This document shows, piece by piece, positions 43,071 to 54,035 of a DNA stretch of 64,000 bases; within the stretch, counting starts at the first letter, position 1; the number at the start of each line of letters is the position of its first letter. Source of the DNA: Octopus sinensis (Eukaryota); contig NC_043006.1 of NCBI RefSeq assembly GCF_006345805.1, forward strand, positions 53,444,001 to 53,508,000. The letters run 5' to 3'. The notes below the pieces were generated by a model. That model was not told the origin of the DNA. It was given only the letters and a program-made list of their open reading frames with translations, and searched no databases. The translations under genes were made by a program, and so were the position numbers.

Positions 43071-43189
43071 ATATATACAAATACACACACACCCACCACA
43101 CACACATACATACATATAATACATATATATATATATCCCTACATCTGGTCACTTTAAAAAATGTAACCGCACGTGATTGTTGGTGATTT

Positions 43190-43345
43190 TTTTTTCCATC
43201 TTCGTCTTGGACTTACCTGTTTTTTCCTATTTCCGAAGAAGAGCTATGCTGAAAACGTAAAACTTCTCTTTTCTTTCTCTGAGCGTCTTAATACATTGCT
43301 TTTGCCACGTCCAAACGTTTTTTTTTCTCTCTGTTCTTTTGAATT
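43190..43345 (+). mobile_element. Family-F-related repeat with CCGAAGA HHR-like variant (about 43230-43263), decayed
   Basis: ttt-CCGAAGA-A-GAGC tat GCTg-aaaa-CGTA-aaa; flanks resemble family F. Confidence 0.5.
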
Positions 43346-43392
<47 letters not shown>

Positions 43393-43504
43393 CTATATAT
43401 ATATATTTACTATATATATATATATATATATGGGGCGGTGCCCCAGCATGGCCTCAGCCGGATGGCTGAAACAAGTAAAAGAGTAAATAAAAGTAAAAGA
43501 GTAT

Positions 43505-43566
<62 letters not shown>

Positions 43567-43593
43567 CACACATACATACATACAAACATACAT

Positions 43594-43661
<68 letters not shown>

Positions 43662-43669
43662 TACATATA

Positions 43670-43705
<36 letters not shown>

Positions 43706-44162
43706 AAGGATGGATGAACTCATTAAAGTCAACAACCATCCAATATTTTAAGCTTGATCCACCTATTTCTCATGAACAGCGGTAGTTCCTGCAGCAATCA
43801 TCGACGAACGGCTGACTTTGCTGCAGAAAAAACAGTAGCTGCGCTGAGGATTGATAAGTTTTCAACAATGGGTAAGCACATGTTGAGTCAGCAGAGAATG
43901 TAGGCCTGATGTACCCGATTACTGGGAGACTGGGAGTGAGTGACCCCCTAGGCCCTTGTTAGTACACCACTCTAGGAAAAAGAAAATTCTGATGTAAAGC
44001 CTGTGACTTGGTGGCAGTCAATGATGTTGACTGCTTCTTCTTTTGGGGGTATCTGTCATCGTTGTTCAGGGACTGGGTTTGGCTGTATGCAATGCCTCTC
44101 CGCACTTTAAAAAAGCATCATGCACAGGCATCGCTTAATATACTGGAATTATCTTATACTCG

Positions 44163-44328
44163 AGATGTCTGTCTTTACGTTCTGTGTTCAAATTCCGCCG
44201 AGGTCGATTTTGCCTTTCATTCTTTCGTGGTCGATAAATTAAGTACCAGTCAAATACTGGGGTCGATGTAATCGACTAATCCCCTGCCCCAAAATTTCAG
44301 GCCTTGTACCTTTAGTAGAAAGGATTAT
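44163..44328 (+). mobile_element. SINE family B, 5'-truncated
   Basis: gttcaaattccgccgaggtcgattttgcctttcat...aggatt. Confidence 0.9.
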
Positions 44329-44679
44329 CATATACTCAAGAATAACGAGTATATGATAATCCTGTATGTCAAAACCATATCTTTCAGACTAAGAGTCAGT
44401 ATCCTGGGTGTTAACCCAAGATTATTTTGGTTATCAATGTTGCTGTCATTCTGAAGCTTTCTTAGAACATACCCATGCATCAACTTCTGCTGATATACAT
44501 ACAATACTGGTGGTGGTGTGGTTGGGGTGGGGGGTTAAACGAAAGCACAAAGACACACACATATAAAGGACGGGCTTCCACACAGTTTCCGTCTACTAAA
44601 TCCACTTACACAACATAGATCGTCCCAGGGCGTTGTGCAAAGCGAGCTTCTTAACCATACAGCCGATTAATAATTTTCG

Positions 44680-45250
44680 AGTTTTAACGTCAATGGTCCG
44701 GATCTCATGAAGCAACCAATCGAATGGCCTTAATATTGATATAAAATAATGTTTTAGCAAACACGTTCTTATAGTATATTCCTTGATTACACGTTCCTTG
44801 TCACGGGCAACAACATGTTCGATTGTCATCTCATGAGGTCTTCGGGTATTGGCAGAATTTTTCTTCTTTCTGATTTAACTAACTGTGTGCACCGAAATTA
44901 TTTCACTCTAAAGTTTCTATCAAATGCAAGATAATGGCATACATTACTTTTCGCTCTAGCAGGCAGAGCTCCTGGGTTAAGATATACTTCCTTTTGGTTT
45001 GTATTTAATGGGAGTTTTTCAGTAATCAAAGCATTCAGACCAGAATCAGGTTTGTTTCACGCCCACGGTTTTGTTTGTTTTTTTCCACGTAGATATTGAC
45101 CTTGACACCAATATCCTTTCACTAGTTTATGAGTGTGACCTGCAAGGGTCACGGACACGTCTCCTCTTCTTTCGAATAACTTAGACAAAAACAACAACGA
45201 ATGTTTAATTGACGCTATATTTATATCTGTGTAACAAGCTGATGTTACAT
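44680..45250 (-). mobile_element. Heavily decayed non-LTR retrotransposon, possibly R4/Dong-like
   Basis: Only the short motif EIRTIDVKTRKLL is recognisable. Confidence 0.3.
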
Positions 45251-45931
45251 TTTTCAATGAGGGTTAAAGTAACATCTCACGAGTGTATGAAGTTGATCTG
45301 AATCTAAAGAATATATTCCTTATTACTGAGAAGTTAAAGAGGAAAAGACACTACAGAATAATTAGGCATCCCTTTGTTGTTGTTGTTGTTGCTGCTGCTG
45401 CTGCTGCTGTTGTTGTTGTTGTTGTTGTATGAGGTACAAGTAAATATCAGAAAATAACCAGAAAACCGACATTTTTTTTTTTTATTTCAGACAAACAGGT
45501 TCTTCAAGTCATTCAAAGAAACTAAGGCATGAATAAATGAATATGAACACTGCTCAAAATATCAACACACTCACACACATACACACCTACAACGTTCACG
45601 CAACACTACATACACATCTTAATACGCGCACGCGCACACATACACACTGCAGAAGTTTTTGTTAGTACCTTATCATGGCCATATAAGGAATAAAGAACGC
45701 ATTAATAACTATCAATTATGATTATTACCGAAGACTGAGCCGATAATTTAGTAAAAAGGCAGCCAAAATGACTTGTGATATTTATTACTGCGCTTTACAT
45801 CCCGTTTAAATCCCATCAAAGTCAACTTCGCTTTTTATTCTTCTGGGGTCATTAAAATATAGTACCAGTCAAGTACTGAGTTCTATATTAACAACTAGAC
45901 TGTATTCCTAACATTGCATCCTTTATAACTA

Positions 45932-46470
45932 TACGGTTGTCCGGAAAGTTGGTGCCGATTTTTAAAGGAAAGAAAAAGGTCAATAAATACTTGCCATTAC
46001 ATTTTTAATCAACCAAATACGAACCATTTTGTTGCACAATACGTCTCCATCTTTCCTTTAATTTGAAAATACCCTCTTCCCAGAATTGAGGTGGTTTCAT
46101 GGCAAAGAATTCATCAAGCTATCTTTTTACGTCATCCAAGGAAATTTTTACCATTAAGACTATTCTGCAGAAAGGAACAATATCTGGTGAATATGGAGGG
46201 TGGGGTAACACATCCCAGCCGAGCTGCAGCAATTTTTCTCTGCTTCCCAAAGCATCAAGTGCCGAAAATGAACTTTCTTATCTTCCATTTTAAAGGGTTA
46301 CAGAATTAACACAGGTTATAGGAACATAAATCTTCTTCCACGAAAAGATAGCTTAAACGGTGCTCTAAATGGAGGTGTAGTCAAATCCTATTTTATGGAC
46401 TCAACCATGTTCTAAAATAAGTCGAAAGGTAAGCTACTATAAATCGGCACGAACTTTCTGGACAACCCAA
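45932..46470 (-). mobile_element. Non-autonomous mariner deletion derivative, copy 2
   Basis: Same TIRs and internal structure as 20001-20559, with small extra indels. Confidence 0.95.
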
Positions 46471-46953
46471 TATATTAGAAATAATTTTTACCGAAGACCA
46501 GTTCTTAAGTTTCACTTGTACCGTTTACAGATAAATAAACCTTGCCCACTACAATTTTCTTGATCACACGTGAGGCTTGTAGTTTGTATTTAAAAAGAAA
46601 AATTAGAATTTAATATCTGAATAGAAATACAAGAGTGAGTGTGAGATGTCCGAGGGTACATCTACGCAGTAGTTTTACCTGAAGAAATAGCACCTAAATC
46701 TTCCGATAAAAAAAAGTTACTTTTAAATATATATAGAAATGACATTGGGGATAATGTATGCATTATCTGGAAAAAAATGGAAGTTACGGTTGATGTGTTT
46801 TGATAATATATTTGCTCAATCAATGCTGGCTCGGCTACACAATAACAACGGAAAAAATTAGTACACATACGCATGCACACGCACATACACATACACAGGC
46901 ACACACACATACATACATACATACATACATACATACATACATACATACATACA

Positions 46954-46986
<33 letters not shown>

Positions 46987-47438
46987 GTGTATGTGTATAT
47001 CCACATATAATAATTAGCAATGTTGAAGAGGAAGCTGTCGAACGACAAATAGAGAGTACATGAGTGCCTGTATAAGAAGTAAAATGAAAGTGAGTGGTAG
47101 TATGCAGTGTTTATTACAGCGTCCTGCGTGACTTTCAGAGAAAGAGTGAGAGTGTCAGAATTAAAATGAGAATGGATTAGAGTGAGAGGTTAACTTTATG
47201 TTATTTTAATAAAACGAAAAATAAGAACAAACTAAATATACAAATAAAAACTATGGAAAGCAAGGAAATTTTTTATGAATCTCACAGTTTTATATTGGTT
47301 TTTTATAATGAAAGCACTTTTGCTATAATAATGATATTTAAATGTAACTCTTTCAATGGTTTGTAAATAATATCCTAATAATTTTTGTAAATATAGTATC
47401 TTCACTTTAAATTGAATTTTAATATTTATCATATAACC

Positions 47439-47683
47439 CAGTGTTTCTCAACCATTTTTACCTATGAACCCCGTTTGTTTCTTATTTTATTCTACTGGAG
47501 CCTCATAGCCATTCGATGTTTAAAAATTCCTATTATATTTTTATAATTAAATATCATCAATAATTGTATTAAAAATTATTAAAATATTGTGTGTATTGTA
47601 GAAGACTAATTTAGTGTACATAAATTTTAATAAAATCATATATGAACGCTCAAGGTCACATGGACCCCGGTTGAGAACCATCG
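47439..47683. mobile_element. hAT (Charlie-like) MITE
   Basis: TIRs cagtgtttctcaacc / ggttgagaaccatcg; 8-bp TSD atataacc / atttaacc (7 of 8 match). Confidence 0.85.
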
Positions 47684-47908
47684 ATTTAACCGAACGGTGG
47701 CCCAGTAGAAAATGTTATAAGAGAAAAGAAGCTGTCGTTTTTGACGACACGTGTCTCATTGTCAGCGACGAGAAATTTTCTATTTTTATGTCGAAATACC
47801 ACATTGAAGTTAACTGCCATCTAACACAACACAACTTCAAACAAAGATATTATACTGTTAAAACTACCATAGTGTAAAAATTACTTATTCAAAAATAATT
47901 TTTACAGT

Positions 47909-48387
47909 GAAGTAATGTTTATCGCCACTTCAATATGGCTGTTCCGCAGAAACTGACGTTACTACCATTTTAACCCTAATAGTGCTCTTCCTCCATCCGG
48001 TTATTCGATGCAATCTGCACCCGATATATATTGCAAGCAGGGGAGCGAACCCCTACCAACTTCCAGCAATGGGACCACCAGACCGTACGGTTTCGAGCCA
48101 TTTGTGCTCATCCTCAGTGATAGAGATACTCGTCTGCTACAGAAAGCTGCAGTTCGCTCCAGCTCGCAATATATAGAAAAATAACTGACAACCAGTCACT
48201 GATCTTGTAACAAACAAATTAGCTAGTTAAAAAATATCTTTCAGAGATGAACACAGTAACTATACTGAGAAGTAATGTTTATCACCACTTCAATATAACT
48301 GTTCTGTAAGAACTTACGTTGCTACCATTTTAATCCTAGGAGGACGCATCCTCCATCTTGTTATTCAATGCAGTCTGCACCCGATAT
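47909..48387 (+). repeat. Diverged 119-bp direct repeats (47909-48027 and 48269-48387), 360 bp apart
   Basis: gaagtaatgtttatc...ctgcacccgatat occurs twice. Confidence 0.9.
48075..48123 (-). ncRNA. Type I hammerhead ribozyme, canonical core, GUC site (predicted cut between 48081 and 48080)
   Basis: cuauca-CUGAGGA-U-GAGC acaaaug GCUC-GAAA-CCGUACGG-UC-uggugg: all conserved bases present, stem I 6 bp (2 G-U), stem II 4 bp, palindromic stem III. Confidence 0.88.
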
Positions 48388-49336
48388 TTTTACAGTATGA
48401 TAGTTCTAAAACTGCGTTTGGAGCAAGCACGCCATCGTAACAATTTTTCCCAAATAGTTTTAGGGATTTCAATGTTTTAAAAGCAAAATATAATTATTTA
48501 AATCAAGTAATAACAAGTTAAGTAGATAACGAAATATAAAGTTTCATTTCTATATTTAGAGTTCTTTGAAACGAAAGACTTTAAACAAAACTGAATCGAC
48601 AAAAACATATTCCAGTGCAACGATTTCCAGTCAAACGTACTTCTTTCAAAAGGTGGTACTTCTTTCAGGTTTTCCGTTGACATAACAGCAACCATTTATT
48701 TTCGGTGAACGGTAAGCATTATCACATTTGCGAATAACTAGTTTCACCTGTCGTTCAGAACGGATTTGTCGTTCTCTTTAATTAAAAGTTCTTATCATTT
48801 TTGACAACGATATACACATATGTATATACAGACAGAATACATGCATACATGCATACATACATACATACATACATACATACATACATACATACATACATAC
48901 ATACATACATACATACATACACTGGTTAGCTTGATATGTCAAGATTAACGCTAAATCTAAACAGCAAGCTCAAGCTCAGTATCTAAAAGGCAAAGGCAAG
49001 GTGGTTACAAATGTAAATTTACAGTCGATTGCAACAGAAGTGCTGTTATTTCGCTCCTGCTAAAATCGACAATGACAATATATTAATTACATATGAGTGC
49101 AGCATACAAATTCATATATATATATATATATATATATTATATAAGTAATACTAAGCAATAAGGGTTCAGCAACGAATTGCCTTACCACATACCGAATTTA
49201 GAAATAGCAGTCAAAGGGTTATAGCTATTTCTTCTACTAAAAAGGGAGATCTCAGTAAAAACAGCAATTGGAAGGCTGACACAAACAGGTAAGAGAGAAT
49301 GAATTAACCGCAATCTATCAAACATTTTTAAAGTTA

Positions 49337-49443
49337 TCCACGGACGTACGTTTCGAAATCAAGTTTTAGGAAAGCATAAGAATTAAAATATTAAATATTA
49401 AATATTTCTATCTTACCGAAACTTCTTTTCTCTTCAGCGTGGA
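49337..49443 (-). ncRNA. Type I HHR copy 1 with long stem II (predicted cut between 49343 and 49342)
   Basis: UCCACG-CUGAAGA-GAAA..insert..UUUC-GAAA-CGUACG-UC-CGUGGA: perfect 6-bp stem I, intact core, ACGUACGU palindrome. Confidence 0.85.
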
Positions 49444-49931
49444 ATACTATAATCATAAATGATTATATATTGAATTTTGAGATACTAGGAGGTACCAACT
49501 CAACTCAGTATCAGAGCGAGCTAGAATCCTCAACTAGTATCACCGAATTCAAATTTGTGAATGAAACGATTGGCAACAGCCCCTCCCACCCGCGTGTAGC
49601 CAAACAGATGCTGTAGTCATCTACTGAGATAAAATATGGTTATCCGTAATAATGAAGGGTGAAATTAATTAATTTGGAATAATTATCAATTACACCAAGT
49701 AGTCTTCGGCATGTAAAAGCCTCATTTGAGGAAAATTTAAGTAATACTAAGCAATAAGGGTTCAGCAACGAATTGCCTTACCACATACCGATTTAGAAAT
49801 AGCAGTCAAAGGGTTATAGCTATTTCTTCTACTAAAAAGGGAGATCTCAGTAAAAACAGCAATTGGAAGGCTGACACAAACAGGTAAGAGAGAATGAATT
49901 AACCGCAATCTATCAAACATTTTTAAAGTTA

Positions 49932-50038
49932 TCCACGGACGTACGTTTCGAAATCAAGTTTTAGGAAAGCATAAGAATTAAAATATTAAATATTAAATAA
50001 TTCTATCTTACCGAAACTTCTTTTCTCTTCAGCGTGGA
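49932..50038 (-). ncRNA. Type I HHR copy 2 (predicted cut between 49938 and 49937)
   Basis: Same core and stems as copy 1; 595 nt between the predicted cut sites. Confidence 0.85.
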
Positions 50039-50527
50039 ATACTATAATCATAAATGATTATATATTGAATTTTGAGATACTAGGAGGTACCAACTCAACT
50101 CAGTATCAGAGCGAGCTAGAATCCTCAACTAGTATCACCGAATTCAAATTTGTGAATGAAACGATTGTGTCAACAGCCCCTTCCCACCCGCGTGTAGCCA
50201 AAACAAGATGCTGTAGTCATCTACTGAGATAAAATATGGTATCCGTAATAATGAAGGGTGAAATAATTAATTTGGAATAATAATCAATTACACCAAGTAG
50301 TCTTCGGCATGTAAAAGCCTCATTGAGGAAAATTTAAGTAATACTAAGCAATAAGGGTTCAGCAACGAATTGCCTTACCACATACCGAATTTAGAAATAG
50401 CAGTCAAAGGGTTATAGCTATTTCTTTTACTAAAAGGGAGATCTCAGTAAAAACAGCAATTGGAAGGCTGACACAAACAGTAAGAGAGAATGAATTAACC
50501 GCAATCTATCAAACATTTTTAAAGTTA

Positions 50528-50629
50528 TCCAGGACGTACGTTCGAAATCAAGTTTTAGGAAAGCATAAGAATTAAAATATTAAATATAAATAATTCTATC
50601 TTACCGAAATTCTTTCTCTTCAGCGTGGA
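50528..50629 (-). ncRNA. Type I HHR copy 3, with single-base deletions in GAAA and stem I as assembled
   Basis: Colinear with copies 1 and 2; the deletions may be sequencing errors. Confidence 0.6.
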
Positions 50630-50656
50630 ATACTATAATCATAATGATTATATATT

Positions 50657-50788
50657 CGAACGTACGTCGTCGTGGATAACTTTAAAAATGTTTGATAGAT
50701 TGCGGTTAATTCATTCTCTCTTACCTGTTTGTGTCAGCCTTCCAATGCTGTTTTTACTGAGATCTCCCTTTTTAGTAGAAGAAATAGC
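50657..50788 (+). repeat. Inverted partial copy of the tandem unit, starting at the GAAA/stem III half of the HHR
   Basis: Reverse complement of about 49224-49356; ends in (TA)n. Confidence 0.95.
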
Positions 50789-50857
50789 ATATATATATAT
50801 ATTATAGCTATATATATATATATTATATATATATATATATAATATATTATATATATA

Positions 50858-50889
<32 letters not shown>

Positions 50890-50890
50890 T

Positions 50891-51100
50891 ATCTTGTAGT
50901 TGTTTAAGTCATTGGGCTGCAGCCATGTTGTGGCATCGTCCTGAAGAGTTTAGTCAAATAAATCGAACCTGGTACCATTTTTAAAACCTGATACTTATTT
51001 TTTGTCGAGCTCTTTTGACGAACAGCTAGTCACAAACAAACCACCATCGATTGCCAAGCGGTGGTGGAGGACAAGCACAAATACAAACAAGCATACACAT
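50891..51100 (-). mobile_element. SINE family A 3' half
   Basis: Diverged tail motifs. Confidence 0.75.
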
Positions 51101-51914
51101 TTGTGTGTGTGGGGGGGGGGGGTTGTGTGTTGCTCCTATCCAGGGTTACGGAAAGGAGACAACCTTCAAAGAAATCTGGAGTGGAGCCCCGTAGGCGGTT
51201 TGGTGTTCGACTCGACACTCTTCCGGCAGCTCCTGCAATCAAGCTGGTGCCAAACGTAATGCTCTGCACTCCTTTGGACTACGTCAGCAAGGTCGCGAGA
51301 GGAATCCTGACGATTGGGCTACCTCAGGATTTTCTTACATTTAGCCCAGGTTGCGCAAAACTGGAGAGGACATGAAATGTAAAAACCAAACTGGATTAGT
51401 TTATGCGCAACTCCATTGTCTCCCAAGACAAAAGGATGCCAAAAACAACCTTTAATCTAAGAATAAAAGTTCCCAATGTGATTCCAGTTTGGGACTACCT
51501 AAATATACACGAATAAGGCATCCGTTGACCATTGAAACGTAGTGTAGATATATTGACATTTTTTCACATTTAAAGTTGAGGTTAACAGTCCATAAAATTC
51601 AACTTTTACAGAAGGCTAAATTGACATACTATACCTAGCTTGACAGAGCACAAACAAATCTTGAAACCAAGAATGAAAATATCAACTTGTCAGAAAAACA
51701 TTATGATTCTACAACCGATTTGGAAAGATGCCATTCGAAACTGAACTGTATAAAACTCTATTTGTTCGTTTCTGAAGTGGCCTGACATTTTATTACAGCT
51801 TTCGGTTTTAATAGTCGCTATCAGAAAATACGAAGAAAATGTGATCCAATCAAGAGCTGTTGTTAAGATTGTCGACAACTTGCCATTTAATATCTCTGAT
51901 ATTGTTTAGGAACA

Positions 51915-51960
<46 letters not shown>

Positions 51961-52373
51961 ATGTGTATGTTTATATATGTGCGTATGGTTATGAGTCCAT
52001 ATTTGCGTTTATGCTTAACAGTGTAAACGTGTATGCCGAGTTATATTCTTTAAGTCAAGGCGTCACGTACAGAATACATAAAATAAGTACCTGCCCGGGG
52101 TAGATTTGATCGACTAAAACTCCAAAAGATAGTACCCCAGCATGGTTGCAGATCAGTCAGAATATTAAAGAATATAGGGGCGAAATAGTCCATAGGAATG
52201 TCGAATTAGGTTAGCTCCCACAGTGCGGCACATCGATCAAATGCCTTCTACCGTAGCGTGAAGCTGGTCAATGTTTTGTGAATTAAAATTCTAATGGAAA
52301 GTGCACAGAAGATCGTTGTATTTGTACGGGTGTTTTATAGATATATACATGTGTGTGTGTGTATGCGTGTTGA

Positions 52374-52414
<41 letters not shown>

Positions 52415-52544
52415 GTATATCGCAGCTCTGAGCTGAAACTTTAAAACACACACACACACGCACACACACACGCACACACACACGCACACACACACGCACA
52501 CCACACACACATATATATATACACGCACGCACACACACACCACA

Positions 52545-52575
<31 letters not shown>

Positions 52576-52648
52576 TATATAATGGTAATAGTAAGACAAC
52601 AAAAGACAACATATGTAACCTATGTAGTAGATATATGTGGATACTCTA

Positions 52649-52880
52649 TTCTCTCTTTTACTCTTTTGCTTGTTTCAGTCATCTAACTGCGGCCATGCTG
52701 GAACACCGCCTTTTAGTCGAGCAAATCGACCCCAGGACTTATTCTTTGTAAGCCTAGTACTTATTCTATCGGGCTTTTTTGCCGAACCGCTAAGTTACGG
52801 AGACGTAAACACACCAACATCGGTTGTCAAGCGATGTTGGTGGAACAAACACAGACACACAAACATATACACACACATAC

Positions 52881-52941
<61 letters not shown>

Positions 52942-53014
52942 TACGACGGGCTTCTTTCAGTTTCCGTCTACCAAATCCACTAACAAGTCTTTGGTCGGCC
53001 CGAGGCTATAGTAG
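52649..53014 (-). mobile_element. SINE family A, 5'-truncated
   Basis: Near-identical to the 12371 copy; head missing. Confidence 0.92.
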
Positions 53015-53140
53015 TGCTTTTCATTACCAGTGTAGAAAATCCAAGAAAATACTGTTGTGTGGAACAATTTAAAAAGATCCGTGTGTGTAAATTGGTTGGT
53101 TGGTTGGTTGGTTGGTTGGTTCGGTGTATGTATGTCTAAA

Positions 53141-53650
53141 TCTATATATATAAAACTCTAGTTGTGTGAGTGTCTGTCCCCTTCGATTTAGATTCCTAAC
53201 TCCTCCCACATTTTGCGGTGCAGTTTAACCAAATTCGGGTATCTTATAGTCGTGATTCATATCGAGCCCGTCTGGCTATTAGCGCGCGTCAACGATGAGT
53301 CTACGATTTTAAAAATAATTTAACATCATTTTTTATTCCATTTTAATGCATAATCTTTCGTGTGTCAATGGCGGCGGAGTTGGCGTCCACGCTCACAGCT
53401 GCACCTGTTTGCTTCTCCCCCTTCCCTCCCTCGTGAAGCTGTGGGGAAGGGAGTGTAAAGAAATCAACGTCGTAATGCGTTGTCAAGGAGACCAGCGTTC
53501 TTTTAGAACAACGACTTCATGGCTTGAAGACACCAAAACAGAAATGGCTAAGAAAGCCCGAATTGGCATCTATAAGGGAAGTAACTCTCTAAAAATGCTT
53601 ATATAGTTATTTCCCTTACAAACCCGAGCAACGCTGGGCGATACTGCTAG
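53141..53650 (+). mobile_element. Non-autonomous Helitron
   Basis: A|TCtatatatataaaa start, cccgag-caacg-ctggg subterminal hairpin, CTAG|T end, no TSD. Confidence 0.85.
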
Positions 53651-53780
53651 TTCCATATAAATCTATGTCACACTATTCGGTCCTGAATAAATTTATACAG
53701 CTCTTACATAATTTATCACACATAATAATCTATATGTAATATTGTTTGACGCCAGTCCATCCAAGCGTTACTCAATAAAC

Positions 53781-53968
53781 AGGAAGAGAGAGTGAGAGAA
53801 AGTTGTAACGAAAGAGTACAACAGGGATCGCCACCACCCCCTGTCGGAGCCTCGTGGAGCTTTCAGGTGTTTTCGCTCAATAAACACACATAACGCCCGG
53901 TTTGGGAATCGAAACCGCGATCCTCTAACCGCGAGTACGCTGCCCTAACCACTGGGCTATTGCGCCTC
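53781..53968 (-). mobile_element. SINE family C
   Basis: Minus strand gaggcgcaatagcccagtggttagggcagcg head and ggtttcgattcc B box. Confidence 0.9.
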
Positions 53969-54000
53969 AACGAGTAATAAATACTTACACACTAATTATA

Positions 54001-54035
54001 CTAGTGATAAGAACCCGGCGTTCTTCACCAGTTGA
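54001..54035 (-). mobile_element. Helitron 3' terminus (5' end not found)
   Basis: aagaac-gccgg-gttctt hairpin followed by CTAG|T on the minus strand. Confidence 0.55.

Larger units (their letters stand above)
49143..50656 (-). mobile_element. Tandem array of a ~596-bp unit (starts 49143, 49739, 50336; third partial); retrozyme- or Penelope-pLTR-like
   Basis: Near-identical units, one HHR per unit, flanked by (TA)n, inverted partial copy at one end. Confidence 0.85.

Noticed and set aside
48560-48715. Plus-strand exon ending acg|GTAAGC
   Set aside because: Stops occur in all frames from the candidate acceptors; it could only be non-coding and has no other support.
49690-49735. Second HHR-like motif in the tandem unit (CAAAUGA-GGC/GCC-GAAG)
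   Set aside because: Three core substitutions, a competing ccuca/ugagg hairpin and no convincing stem I.
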